The position numbers and the translations under genes were made by a program. A stretch of 63,652 nucleotides of DNA, filler included, from Octopus bimaculoides (taxonomy: Eukaryota), in NCBI RefSeq assembly GCF_001194135.2. It is 6 parts of 6 records of this genome, joined end to end, with 100 filler letters (N's around TTAATTAATTAA, not from the genome) between each part and the next. Parts side by side here need not be neighbours in the genome. Positions count along the whole stretch, not along the records: positions 23,840 to 42,430 come from NC_069002.1; 5 more parts are not named here. The stretch is one strand, 5' to 3'. The notes beneath the pieces are model-generated. The model made no database searches. It saw only the letters and a program-made list of their open reading frames with translations, and was not told the origin of the DNA. Below, one piece after another: positions 25,690 through 39,074 of this stretch. How positions within the stretch are numbered: the stretch's first letter is position 1; every line of letters begins with the position of its first letter.

Positions 25690-26100
25690 ATGTGGTGAGA
25701 TGGCAAGATCGTTACCGGGCCGATTCGGGGGAAGGGGAAACGAGCTGGCAGAAACGTTAGCACGCCGGGCGAAAGGCTTAGCGGTATTTCGTCTGTTGTT
25801 ACGTTCTGAGTTCGAATTCCGCTGAAGTCGACTTTGCCTTTCATCCTTTCGGGGTTGATTAAATAAACCCCAGTTATGCACTGGAGTCGATATAATCGAC
25901 TTAATCCGTTTGTCTGTCCTTGTCTGTCCCCTCTGTATGTAGCCCCTTGTGGGCAGTAAAGAAATAAGAATCGTTACCGGGCCGGGCAAAATGTTTAACG
26001 GCATTTTGTCCGTCTTGACGTTCTGAGTTCAAATTACGTCGAAGTCGACTTCGCCTTTTATCCTTTCGGATAAATAAATGGAGTTGCATGAAACGATCGT
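25690..26100 (+). mobile_element. SINE family A nested inside an older family A copy
   Basis: 15-bp duplication ATCGTTACCGGGCCG at 25708-25722 and 25970-25984 flanks an intact inner copy. The outer copy resumes after 25984. Confidence 0.85.
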
Positions 26101-26666
26101 ACTGCATTAACTTTGGATATCCTTGTTGCATATTTTGATTTTAATCACCTTATTTTGGAATTGTTTGGATAATACCATACTTAATTTCNNNNNNNNNNNN
26201 NNNNNNNNNNNNNNNNNNNNNNNNNNNNNNNNNNNNNNNNNNNNNNNNNNNNNNNNNNNNNNNNNNNNNNNNNNNNNNNNNNNNNNNNNNNNNNNNNNNN
26301 NNNNNNNNNNNNNNNNNNNNNNNNNNNNNNNNNNNNNNNNNNNNNNNNNNNNNNNNNNNNNNNNNNNNNNNNNNNNNNNNNNNNNNNNNNNNNNNNNNNN
26401 NNNNNNNNNNNNNNNNNNNNNNNNNNNNNNNNNNNNNNNNNNNNNNNNNNNNNNNNNNNNNNNNNNNNNNNNNNNNNNNNNNNNNNNNNNNNNNNNNNNN
26501 NNNNNNNNNNNNNNNNNNNNNNNNNNNNNNNNNNNNNNNNNNNNNNNNNNNNNNNNNNNNNNNNNNNNNNNNNNNNNNNNNNNNNNNNNNNNNNNNNNNN
26601 NNNNNNNNNNNNNNNNNNNNNNNNNNNNNNNNNNNNNNNNNNNNNNNNNNNNNNNNNNNNNNNNTA

Positions 26667-26697
<31 letters not shown>

Positions 26698-26924
26698 GTA
26701 TGTATATATTCAGATTAATATTCAATATACACAAACATCTACTGTAATGAGAATTGGATAAAACGAACATTTAGAAAATGTTCTGATGTCGACGAAACAT
26801 ATTGACACGCATACGCATATCCGTAGATTCATTGTTATCTATAAGACCACGAGATATTGTTATATACAATAGATGTGTCCATGTCATGTCTTTTGGCACT
26901 GATTGAGCTAGACCACGCCATTAA

Positions 26925-27060
26925 GTAGTTTCAAAATTTGGCACAAGGCTAGCAATTTCGCTGCAGGTTGTTCGTCGATTACATCGATCCTGATGCTTAA
27001 GTGATACTTGTTTCATCAACACTGAAAGGATGAAAGGCAAAGTCGACCTGTACCCAGCTC
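26925..27060 (-). mobile_element. SINE family A 3' half
   Basis: gtcgattacatcga...aaggatgaaaggcaaagtcgacct is the reverse complement of the family A core. Confidence 0.75.
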
Positions 27061-27350
27061 TGGATAGATATTCTTCGTTGTGTTTCTGCATGGGTGGGTA
27101 CGGGAGGCTTGGTGAAGGGCGAATGTAGGATAGAATCGTCTTGTGAATCAGCGTCAAAATGGTGCCCATAGAAACGAAGGATCGATCAAATGAGAGAATG
27201 CATTTTGCAAGTCAACATTAAGTCTATGGCTATATCTATCGCTGCGAGGAAGCGACGTTTGTGTAGGTAACGGATTCGAACACCGCTCGACAGATAACGT
27301 ACAGCGTAAAGGATTCGATGATGACGATGATGTATATATATATATATATG

Positions 27351-27398
<48 letters not shown>

Positions 27399-27501
27399 GT
27401 ATGTGGGTGCATGTGTAGATTTATCTCTCCCTCCATATGTATGTATTTTTGATATGTTATATCTATATGTGTGTGTGGGGGTGGGTAGGTGGTTGGTTGT
27501 G

Positions 27502-27533
<32 letters not shown>

Positions 27534-27643
27534 TGTATGTATATATATGGATATATATATGCATTCGTATCTGTGAATAGACGCATATATATAAATATAC
27601 GTCTGAATATCTGTATGTGTGTGTATAAGTAGATAGATTGATA

Positions 27644-27686
<43 letters not shown>

Positions 27687-27923
27687 TTGGGTGTGTATGA
27701 ATGTACGTAATTATGTATATAACTATGAAAACATGAGTATGTGCACATACATATATATTATATATACATATACACATCTGTGTGTGTGTGTGTGTGTGTG
27801 TGTATTTATACATACATACAGATAGAGAGAAAGATAACGGAGAAAGGTAGCGTTAGAGTTCAAGGAGAAAGAAGGAAACAGAGAGAGAGAGAGAGAGAAT
27901 AAGAGAGAGAGAGGGAGAGAGAG

Positions 27924-27964
<41 letters not shown>

Positions 27965-28362
27965 GATAGAGAGAGAGAGAGATAGAGGTGGAGTAGGAGG
28001 ATAGAAGATGCCGTTTGAAGATAGAACGTGACAAGAAATATTTTCGTGATTTTGATATTAATCAAACATGAAACCAGCGCTCTCTCTCCCTTCATCCTTT
28101 CTCTCTCTCTCGCTTTCGTTTCTTCTAACTTCTGAAACAATAACTACAACAAAAGGATGATTCTAGAAGTGATGAATGGACACGTGCACACACACACACA
28201 CGCATGCGCGCACGCACGTACGCAGGTACTTGTTGGTTTCTATACACGATACTTCATGTCCCCACCACAAAATTCGGACGAAAAACAGATAGGGGATAAC
28301 CAAAGTACCAGTAATACACCACGTAATATGCATATATTTGAACGGTTTATAGGTGCATATTT

Positions 28363-28416
<54 letters not shown>

Positions 28417-28756
28417 GTATGTGTTAATGTATGTATGGGTGTATGTGTATATATATATTTATACATATATATATGTATATATATATTTGTATATGTGTGT
28501 GTATGCATATATATATATATGTATATATATATATGTGTGTGTGTGTGAATGTGTTTGTGTGTGCGTTCGTGTGTATGTGTATGTATGTATATGCGTATGT
28601 TCGAGTGTTCATTTGAGAATGGGCATTTTATCTTTCAGCAGTCCAAGCCACCCTCAAGCTATGATCATGTGACATCACGTGACCATTTACAAGTACTAGA
28701 TGATGATTAACGGCTTCTTTGCTTCGATGCTGTAGCTCGCGACTACGAGGATGATG

Positions 28757-28788
<32 letters not shown>

Positions 28789-30085
28789 GATGATGAAGAG
28801 GCTATGAGGACGACGACGAAGACAATGAGGATGATGACGGTGATGTTGGGTGATGTGCATAAACCATTTTCGCGGTGTGTAATTTGTCATGCAGCATTTT
28901 CTAACTTTTGATTTTTCTCATGAATTATTCAGTAGATTGACGCATAGGAATTTACACATACATATAGATATGTGTTTGAGAAATACACACACACACACAC
29001 ACGTACATGTGTGTACATAAATTTATATGCATAAATATATATGCATATATATGTATGTATGTATCTCTCTCTCTCTATATATTCATACATATAATTGCCC
29101 GTGTGTATGTGTATGCATATANNNNNNNNNNNNNNNNNNNNNNNNNNNNNNNNNNNNNNNNNNNNNNNNNNNNNNNNNNNNNNNNNNNNNNNNNNNNNNN
29201 NNNNNNNNNNNNNNNNNNNNNNNNNNNNNNNNNNNNNNNNNNNNNNNNNNNNNNNNNNNNNNNNNNNNNNNNNNNNNNNNNNNNNNNNNNNNNNNNNNNN
29301 NNNNNNNNNNNNNNNNNNNNNNNNNNNNNNNNNNNNNNNNTATATATATATATATATATGTATGCATATATATATATATATATATGCAAGAAAGCAAGAT
29401 ATATTTTATACTAGAGAAACGGTTATATTCGATCTTAACATTTTTTATTACACTTTTCCTCTGTTTCTGTTTTAGTTCTTTATACATTTTCCGTATTAGA
29501 CCTTTTTATTAATTTCCTCAGTCTATTAGCTTTTCCCGTACTTGTCACCTTCCCAGAAATGAAACGACGATAATTGTGGTTTGCTAATGCGTTTTCTGGC
29601 AAGCAGTGAGAGATTAAGAGAATAATCGTGTAACTAGCCAAATCATCATCAACGAAATAAAAAACCTCTTTGACTGTTAACACTTCTTGAGTTTCAAATT
29701 TCATTATATGTGTGGTCCAATAGTATTCGAATTCCTTTGAGCCACAAACAAAGGTGCTAGAAATAATGTAGCTTATTTATTGGCGGAAACCTGTATTACA
29801 TTGGTGTGTTAGAAGCTATGGCTTATTCTTTCCTGTTTTCCACGGTCAGTAGAGGTGCAAGTGACTTATATGTGTATCCAGTGAAACGGTTCGAGTCATG
29901 AAGTTTATTACTTTCAAGTTTCCATTGAAATTTTTCAATTTCATCAACTGTTGAAGTACTTTCTCAGTGAGTTTTGCCTATCGAGATTTTCATATTGGTG
30001 AAATGTCATAAATTCTGGTGTTTGATAATCTAGCTGATTACCTACCTACCTACCTACCTACCTACCTACCTACCTACCTACCTAC

Positions 30086-30129
<44 letters not shown>

Positions 30130-30169
30130 ATATCTATCTATCTATCTATCTATCTTATTTATTTATTGC

Positions 30170-30259
30170 AACACAAGAGGCTAGACATAGAAGGGACAAA
30201 CAAGGACAGACAAAGGGATTAAGTCGATTACATCGACTCCAGTGCGTAACTGGTACTTA
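30170..30259 (-). mobile_element. SINE family A 3' end (cut by gap)
   Basis: ggctagacatagaagggacaaacaaggacagacaaagggattaagtcgattacatcgac... Confidence 0.8.
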
Positions 30260-30714
30260 NNNNNNNNNNCACGTGTATATGCATCCATATTATGCGTAAA
30301 TGCGTGATATATGTTCATAATTCTGCATACGTGATAAGTTATACATGTGCATAAAACAGAAAAGCAATACCACCACCGACACCACTACCACCACCACCAC
30401 CGCTACCACCACCACCACCGCAAGAAAAAGAAGAAGAAGAAGAACAACAACAACAGCCATCATCATCAACAATACCGATATTCTTATGGAAGACCCAGAC
30501 TCGCTTCAAAATGCACTGCATGCTACATCATATTTCCTGTGTTTTTACATTTTTTACTATATCTATTTTTATTAAATTCTTAAATATATATTTTTCGTGT
30601 AACGACCTTTACATTAAAACATGGAGAATTCGTTTCAACGACTGACGTAAAAGACAGAAAAATCAATGACTTTCCTTACAATTTTTCATTTTTCATTCAA
30701 TTTTTGGAAGGCAT

Positions 30715-30860
30715 TTCTTCTTCTTCTTCTTCTTCTTCTTCTTCTTCTTCTTCTTCTTCTTCTTCTTTTTCTTCTTCTTCTTCTTCTTCTTCTTCTTCTT
30801 CTTCTTCTTCTTCTTCTTTTTCTTCTTCTTCTTCTTCTTCTTCTTCTTCTTCTTCTTCTT
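30715..30860. repeat. (TTC)n microsatellite running into a large gap
   Basis: Direct reading. It produces the spurious poly-L, poly-S, poly-E and poly-R ORFs. Confidence 0.95.
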
Positions 30861-31718
30861 NNNNNNNNNNNNNNNNNNNNNNNNNNNNNNNNNNNNNNNN
30901 NNNNNNNNNNNNNNNNNNNNNNNNNNNNNNNNNNNNNNNNNNNNNNNNNNNNNNNNNNNNNNNNNNNNNNNNNNNNNNNNNNNNNNNNNNNNNNNNNNNN
31001 NNNNNNNNNNNNNNNNNNNNNNNNNNNNNNNNNNNNNNNNNNNNNNNNNNNNNNNNNNNNNNNNNNNNNNNNNNNNNNNNNNNNNNNNNNNNNNNNNNNN
31101 NNNNNNNNNNNNNNNNNNNNNNNNNNNNNNNNNNNNNNNNNNNNNNNNNNNNNNNNNNNNNNNNNNNNNNNNNNNNNNNNNNNNNNNNNNNNNNNNNNNN
31201 NNNNNNNNNNNNNNNNNNNNNNNNNNNNNNNNNNNNNNNNNNNNNNNNNNNNNNNNNNNNNNNNNNNNNNNNNNNNNNNNNNNNNNNNNNNNNNNNNNNN
31301 NNNNNNNNNNNNNNNNNNNNNNNNNNNNNNNNNNNNNNNNNNNNNNNNNNNNNNNNNNNNNNNNNNNNNNNNNNNNNNNNNNNNNNNNNNNNNNNNNNNN
31401 NNNNNNNNNNNNNNNNNNNNNNNNNNNNNNNNNNNNNNNNNNNNNNNNNNNNNNNNNNNNNNNNNNNNNNNNNNNNNNNNNNNNNNNNNNNNNNNNNNNN
31501 NNNNNNNNNNNNNNNNNNNNNNNNNNNNNNNNNNNNNNNNNNNNNNNNNNNNNNNNNNNNNNNNNNNNNNNNNNNNNNNNNNNNNNNNNNNNNNNNNNNN
31601 NNNNNNNNNNNNNNNNNNNNNNNNNNNNNNNNTCTCCTCATTTTCCCTTCCCTTCCTCTCAACCTCCACTTCTTCTCTTTCTCCTCCTCCACCCCTTCCT
31701 CACCTTTCGCCGCCATTC

Positions 31719-31752
<34 letters not shown>

Positions 31753-32202
31753 TATGATCATTGTCTTCTTCTTCTTCTTCTTCTTCTTCTTCTTCTTCTT
31801 CTTCTTCTTCTCTTCCTCCCCTTCTTCCTTCTCCTGCTCCACCTCCTCCTTTCCTTTCTGGTGCCCGTCCTCTTTATTCATCTTCCTCTGCTATTCCGCA
31901 TCGTTTTTCCTTCACACACTTGTGCGCGCACGAGCCCACACACGCGCGCGCACGACGCACGCACAAAACACACACACACATGTACGCATGCGCATGCGCC
32001 CATATTATCAATTTAATCCATACTTCACAATCACCTTAGGTTGGCTGACTCTGAACAGCAAACGCTATCAATACGAGCAATAGCGACTGAGTATGAACTG
32101 AAAAAGACACACATGTATTCCAGTAGATTTATACAATCATACACATAGACATGGACACACACATATAGACACACGTACACACGCAAACACGCACTTGTGT
32201 AC

Positions 32203-32238
<36 letters not shown>

Positions 32239-32795
32239 NNNNNNNNNNNNNNNNNNNNNNNNNNNNNNNNNNNNNNNNNNNNNNNNNNNNNNNNNNNNNN
32301 NNNNNNNNNNNNNNNNNNNNNNNNNNNNNNNNNNNNNNNNNNNNNNNNNNNNNNNNNNNNNNNNNNNNNNNNNNNNNNNNNNNNNNNNNNNNNNNNNNNN
32401 NNNNNNNNNNNNNNNNNNNNNNNNNNNNNNNNNNNNNNNNNNNNNNNNNNNNNNNNNNNNNNNNNNNNNNNNNNNNNNNNNNNNNNNNNNNNNNNNNNNN
32501 NNNNNNNNNNNNNNNNNNNNNNNNNNNNNNNNNNNNNNNNNNNNNNNNNNNNNNNNNNNNNNNNNNNNNNNNNNNNNNNNNNNNNNNNNNNNNNNNNNNN
32601 NNNNNNNNNNNNNNNNNNNNNNNNNNNNNNNNNNNNNNNNNNNNNNNNNNNNNNNNNNNNNNNNNNNNNNNNNNNNNNNNNNNNNNNNNNNNNNNNNNNN
32701 NNNNNNNNNNNNNNNNNNNNNNNNNNNNNNNNNNNNNNNNNNNNNNNNNNNNNNNNNNNNNNNNNNNNNNNNNNNNNNNNNNNNNNNNNNNNNNN

Positions 32796-32851
<56 letters not shown>

Positions 32852-33434
32852 TATACATATATATAAGCACACATACACACATATACATATATATATGCTT
32901 ATATATATATCTATATATACACATACATTTATACACATAAATATACACATGGAAACTGAGTTATAGAAATATACAAACATACACACATTTATCTACATAA
33001 ATGTAATTATATATGAAGGTATATATATGCTTTGTGTGTATGTGTGTGTGCGTGCGTGTGTTTGTGTGTGCGTGTGTTTTTTTATTAAGTAGTCCTCGTA
33101 CTAAAATTCGCCATCCATAACTGCAAATATAATTACTAACAATCCCATAATTCCATTCCTAGACATAAACAGTCAGAGAGAACATAACAAACGCATTACC
33201 TCCCTTTACAGTAAGCATACTCACAAACGTACACATCAACCTAAATATTTACACAGGTTATATAAACACGCACACACAGACACACGGAAACGAACACAGA
33301 CACACGGAAACGAACACAGACGCATGCACGTATATATTTATATATAAAATAATATATTCTTCTTTTGAGATAGTCTTCTAAAGTCTACAAAGATGTATGT
33401 TAATGGTAGAATCCTCATTTAAAGTATACGTCTA

Positions 33435-33690
33435 TTGTCTCGTCCACAATCAAAGCAATACACACTCGCGCGCACCCCCCGTCTACACCCCCCCAAACAG
33501 ACACTCACAATTTCTTTTTCCCCACTATTCTTTTCTTTCACTCCAGACCTTTCGTCTTTCCTCTCTCTGACGAAGAGCTATGCTCGAAACATCGTACTCC
33601 CTCGTTTTCTCAGCTTAAACCCTCTCTGAGCGTCAATCTAACACATTCACTGTGTACGTCCTTCTTAATTTAGTCGTATGTGTGTTTGTG
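33435..33690 (+). mobile_element. Penelope-like terminal fragment with hammerhead-type core
   Basis: CTGACGA-A-GAGC-TAT-GCTC-GAAAC-ATC-GTA at 33567-33596, in a pyrimidine-rich context related to 8330-8575. Confidence 0.45.
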
Positions 33691-34130
33691 TATATACCAC
33701 AATCTTCCACATAGTTTAGGAAATTCTCTCATTTAGTCCTAGAGAGACATTGCTTGGCTCGTTATTATAGTAGATGATACTTGTTCAATGTGCCACACAG
33801 TGGGACTGAACCCAAACTCCGATGCTCGCGCCTATATGTTATTAAATCCTTAAGAAATTCCTGACTACCTGGAGTTTCTCTGAAAAAAGCCTGAGCTAAT
33901 GTATCGATTGAAACTCTGAGTAAACACAATTACATGGAGGCACCACATTCAGATCTGCTCTATGAACCTGCACAGGGTTGGGGCCCCTGGGTTGGGCGGC
34001 GAAGTCTGGGGCCACCGAGAACGGTACACCCTCTACCTACGTCAGTATGAATAATCCTCGTTCTAAAAACAAATTCTGCCACGTATGCATTAAATATTTT
34101 CTCCATTGTTTCGTTTCTTTTGCCACCGAA

Positions 34131-34402
34131 TTTATGCTCGACAGCTCTAGTGCTCTGTTTCGTTTGCTAGCCGAGCCTCATCAGCGGAGGAAAGAATTAT
34201 GTACATACAACAATCTTTTCAAAACAAATTTGGGTCAGTCCATATCACTAGCTATGCATTTTTTCTGCTATTATTGTATCGACCACAACTATAGAAAGCC
34301 GACGCGATATTCCGATTGCTAGTTCGGCCTCATCAGCGAAGCAAACAATTCTCTACATATAACACGCTTTTAAATGCTATTTTGGGTCATACCACATTTT
34401 TA
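34131..34402 (-). ncRNA. Two degenerate 152-bp tandem units each carrying a type I hammerhead-like core
   Basis: Unit similarity 34164-34250 vs 34316-34402. Minus strand unit 1: CTGATGA-GGCTCGGCTAGCAAAC-GAAACAG-(10 nt)-CTGTC. Helices I and II are imperfect. Confidence 0.4.
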
Positions 34403-35486
34403 ACTGTGCAGCGTTCCGGCTATTTTTATACTAACCACTGCTTCCATTCAATAAGTTTTTCGCTCAACTGGGCATCAATCATAGAACATGATATAACCAC
34501 ACGACAATTATATATCTCTTTACATAGACAGTGCTGCACCGGTTGAAAAACTAGGAGCTTAATACATAAATATCCCAATACATCTTTCACTAAGTATTTT
34601 TTTTTAATATAATAGATACAGAATGTTAACCACTCTAATGAAAAACATAATACAATTCTAATATCTATGCAAAGGAAAACAAACAAAATAAAATGGAAAC
34701 CACGAGTATCATATTAAAATATATTTCTTGTTAACGTTGTTGAGGTTACTGTTGTCTCTGAATAATTGTTGACATTGTTGTAGTTGGTAATGCTGCAGAA
34801 GCTTTTGTTGTTGTTGTTGTTGTTACTGTTGTCAAGATTATAATTGTTGTTATTATTTTCGAAGACGATGCTATATTTGTTGATGTTTTTATTGCTGTTG
34901 CTGTTACTCTGGTTGATACATTTTTAATCTCCTTTTTCCAATACATATTTTTTCCAGATGAATATTCGCATTTCTTTTTTTTTTTTACCGATAAGAAATG
35001 CGATTTTTCATGTAAGTTTAGAAAATACTACTGTCTCTCCACACCGCTATCAGTGTATATTGGGTATTATAACTGCACCACACACAGTCACATTGTGGCT
35101 CACACACTCGGTCACACACACACACACGCAAACCCACAGTCACATTGTTGCACACACACACGGGCACACACACACCCACACAACCACACACGGGCACACT
35201 CACACCCACACACACAAACGCAAATAAACGCATACGCACACTTATATATTTGTATATAGTCATAATGATATATATATATATGCATATATATGTATATATA
35301 TTTATATATAAATCTATATATATACATATATAATAATAATAATAATGATGATGATGATAATAATAATAATGTTATTTATATATATATATGTAGATATATA
35401 TGTGTATATAAATATGTATACATTTAAACATGTACACACACGCAGACATATGCATATATACATGCTTATATTATATACATAAACCG

Positions 35487-35523
<37 letters not shown>

Positions 35524-35629
35524 AACATGTATAAATATATACGTACATAAGTATATGTATATATTTACATATCCATACATGTGTGTATATGTATATGTAT
35601 GTAGTATGTCTATTTATGTAATTATTCAT

Positions 35630-35669
<40 letters not shown>

Positions 35670-37017
35670 CAGTTAAAATTGAAGGCAATTTCGATATTTA
35701 CACAATATAAATAACATGAAATATAATAATTCTTTTCAAATGCTTCACTAAAACTCAGGATAGATATAGTTATATTGTTATTGGGACACACAGGTGAAGG
35801 AAATGACTTCGAACTCCCTATTGGTACGCGCACAGATGCTGAGTAAGAACTAGAAAACTCTTTCCACGTTCATACAGGTATGTGCTTAAAGAAAAGAATA
35901 TACGGCCCCCTTGTTGGTATATTCAAAACTGAGGGATGTACTTTAGAATTATATGCTGGTACACTCAAAGACTTTTGTGTCGTACGATGCTATATTCACG
36001 TAATCACTTGACTCCTGATGAATGGTACATCGAGCACCTGTTCAGGCAAAGTCGATTCGATAGAGAGAGTGAGATAGTAATGCACGGACTACGAAAGCTT
36101 GCCGTCATCGTCATCATCATCATCATTATCATCAACACCATCATCATCATCAAGACCATCATCGTTGTCGTCGTCGTCGTCGTCGTCATCATCATCATCA
36201 TCATCATCTGTTTGTATGTGTGTGTGCGTGCCCTGTGCGTCCGTCAATGTGTTTGAGTGTGTATATTGTTTGTAAATCCTAGTTAAGTTTCTACATCTTG
36301 AGTGAGTGTATATATCTTATTAATGTATGGCGGTAATACCGTTTTTAACTAAATGTGTAAGTAAAGAATGTATGTCTAATGTAATAAAAATAGAATTAGC
36401 ACAATATATATCTAATTGTCTCTCCTCATCTTTCTGTATATAAATAATGCGTAATGTTATACGTACATATTATATATTATATATATATATAAAACATGAG
36501 AGTATATATATGTAAATATATGCATATATGTGTATATATTTGTGTATATATGAGAGTATATATATTTATGTATATATGAGAGTATATATATGTATATATG
36601 TATGTAGATATGTATATATATGTATGTATATGTGTATATATATGTATGTATATATATGCATATAATTATATATATATAAATATGCCTATGTATATATANN
36701 NNNNNNNNNNNNNNNNNNNNNNNNNNNNNNNNNNNNNNNNNNNNNNNNNNNNNNNNNNNNNNNNNNNNNNNNNNNNNNNNNNNNNNNNNNNNNNNNNNNN
36801 NNNNNNNNNNNNNNNNNNNNNNNNNNNNNNNNNNNNNNNNNNNNNNNNNNNNNNNNNNNNNNNNNNNNNNNNNNNNNNNNNNNNNNNNNNNNNNNNNNNN
36901 NNNNNNNNNNNNNNNNNNNNNNNNNNNNNNNNNNNNNNNNNNNNNNNNNNNNNNNNNNNNNTATATATAAATATATGTACATGTATGAATGTATATATAT
37001 GTGTATATATGCATGTA

Positions 37018-37091
<74 letters not shown>

Positions 37092-37591
37092 TCTATGTAT
37101 GCATATGTATGTATGTATTTGTGTATGTATGAAGTGTGTGTCTATGTCTACGTGATTGTGGATAGCATTGTAACTCTGTGGTGTGAATGCGTACAACTCT
37201 CTTGTTTATATTCACCATATCTACGTGTGTGAGAGTGTGTTCATGAGTGCGTGTGTGTGTCTGCGTGTATGTCTATATTTATTTCTATGTGTGTCTGATG
37301 TACAATTTAACACTTCATCTGTGATAAATATGAAGGCATGATGGGATAGCAAAGCTGTTGATACTTTTCTCTTTGATGTGACATTTGATGCAAAGCTAAA
37401 ACGAAGGGAAAAAAATTCCAAAAACTCTCAGTGGAGATGACCTCATGAACTTATGCAATCTGTGTTATTCTCACTGGAAACAGTAAGAGATCATATACTG
37501 AGTGGCTTCTTATCTGCACTGCTTTGAAATAGCCGTACAGTAGTAGCATTGGCAATGATGCATGCTTCGATATGTGTACGCATATATATAT

Positions 37592-38057
37592 GTACGTAGA
37601 TATAGGTGTGAAGGTAAGTACCTAGGTATGGATGTTTCCCTGTGCGCATGTGCATACATATATCCTAACATGTACACACACACACATACACACACATATA
37701 TATATGTNNNNNNNNNNNNNNNNNNNNNNNNNNNNNNNNNNNNNNNNNNNNNNNNNNNNNNNNNNNNNNNNNNNNNNNNNNNNNNNNNNNNNNNNNNNNN
37801 NNNNNNNNNNNNNNNNNNNNNNNNNNNNNNNNNNNNNNNNNNNNNNNNNNNNNNNNNNNNNNNNNNNNNNNNNNNNNNNNNNNNNNNNNNNNNNNNNNNN
37901 NNNNNNNNNNNNNNNNNNNNNNNNNNNNNNNNNNNNNNNNNNNNNNNNNNNNNNNNNNNNNNNNNNNNNNNNNNNNNNNNNNNNNNNNNNNNNNNNNNNN
38001 NNNNNNNNNNNNNNNNNNNNNNNNNNNNNNNNNNNNNNNNNNNNNNNNNNNNNNNNN

Positions 38058-38088
<31 letters not shown>

Positions 38089-38215
38089 TAGGTGTGAAGG
38101 TAAGTACCTAGGTATGGATGTTTCCCTGTGCGCATGTGCATACATATATCCTAACATGTACACACACACACATACACACACATATATATATGTACGTAGA
38201 TATAGGTGTGAAGGT
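37592..38215. repeat. 114-bp tandem repeat spanning a gap
   Basis: ataggtgtgaagg recurs at 37602, 38088 and 38202; the last two are contiguous and 114 bp apart. Confidence 0.85.
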
Positions 38216-38435
38216 TAGTATATAAGTATAGATGCCTCTGTGTGCCTATATGCATGTGTACGTATATATGTATTTATATCCAGCAACGCTCATATTCGCT
38301 TGTTTGTGTATATGTGTGTGTGTGTGTGTGTGATATAGTATTCATGTGTGGATGAATATCTTTTTTCTTCATTAGAACCTCTATATGTTTTGTGTCTTTT
38401 AGTCCGTCACTGTATATTGATATGCACGTGTAAAA

Positions 38436-38466
<31 letters not shown>

Positions 38467-38470
38467 AACA

Positions 38471-38508
<38 letters not shown>

Positions 38509-39033
38509 CAAATATATACATATACTTTTAACTCTCAACTTCTTAGCATATATGTATTTACAAGTTGCGAGCTACTTTAATATTTCGCCAAGAACCGCTT
38601 GTCAAACTGTCAGCTTGAAAAATCGTTCTTTGGGAAACTTCGAGATAATTGTTTTTCTGGAAAAATAAAATTTCCCTTCCTACGTGTTGAATTCTTTATT
38701 TTACGCATACACCCACGAACACACAAGCATAAGACTGCATACATACAGTCTACCATTTATAGAACGGTGCATCGTTGTAGGTGAGACATAAGTAATTGTG
38801 TACTATTCCCACATCTGCATTGTACAACTTCAAATAATACAGACGTGCTAGTATCTGTCCTCATAATGAGTAGGCCAATTGATTGCTTCTCCGCACGTGT
38901 CTCACCCCTGGTTCGTGTATATACAGTGACTTCGCTGTCGTCTGATTTAATGTCTCTAGTACTACCTCGGCTCGATGACCCGATGAAAACCCATGTAAGT
39001 GGAGTTGGTAGGCGGAAACTGAAAGAAGCCCGT

Positions 39034-39074
<41 letters not shown>

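Noticed and set aside
30666-32083. Long poly-L, poly-S, poly-E, poly-R and poly-K ORFs
   Set aside because: Translation of (TTC)n and (CAT)n microsatellites plus a gap.
32000-32083. FNPYFTITLGWLTLN as candidate downstream SLC35F exon
   Set aside because: Only superficial similarity; no splice signals and an in-frame stop shortly after.
36013-36046. CTGATGA motif resembling a C box or hammerhead box
   Set aside because: No GAAA box, no properly placed D box, and no purine before TGATGA.
37592-38215. Regularly repeated units that could be mistaken for a CRISPR array
   Set aside because: Eukaryotic context, no unique spacers and no cas genes; a plain tandem repeat.
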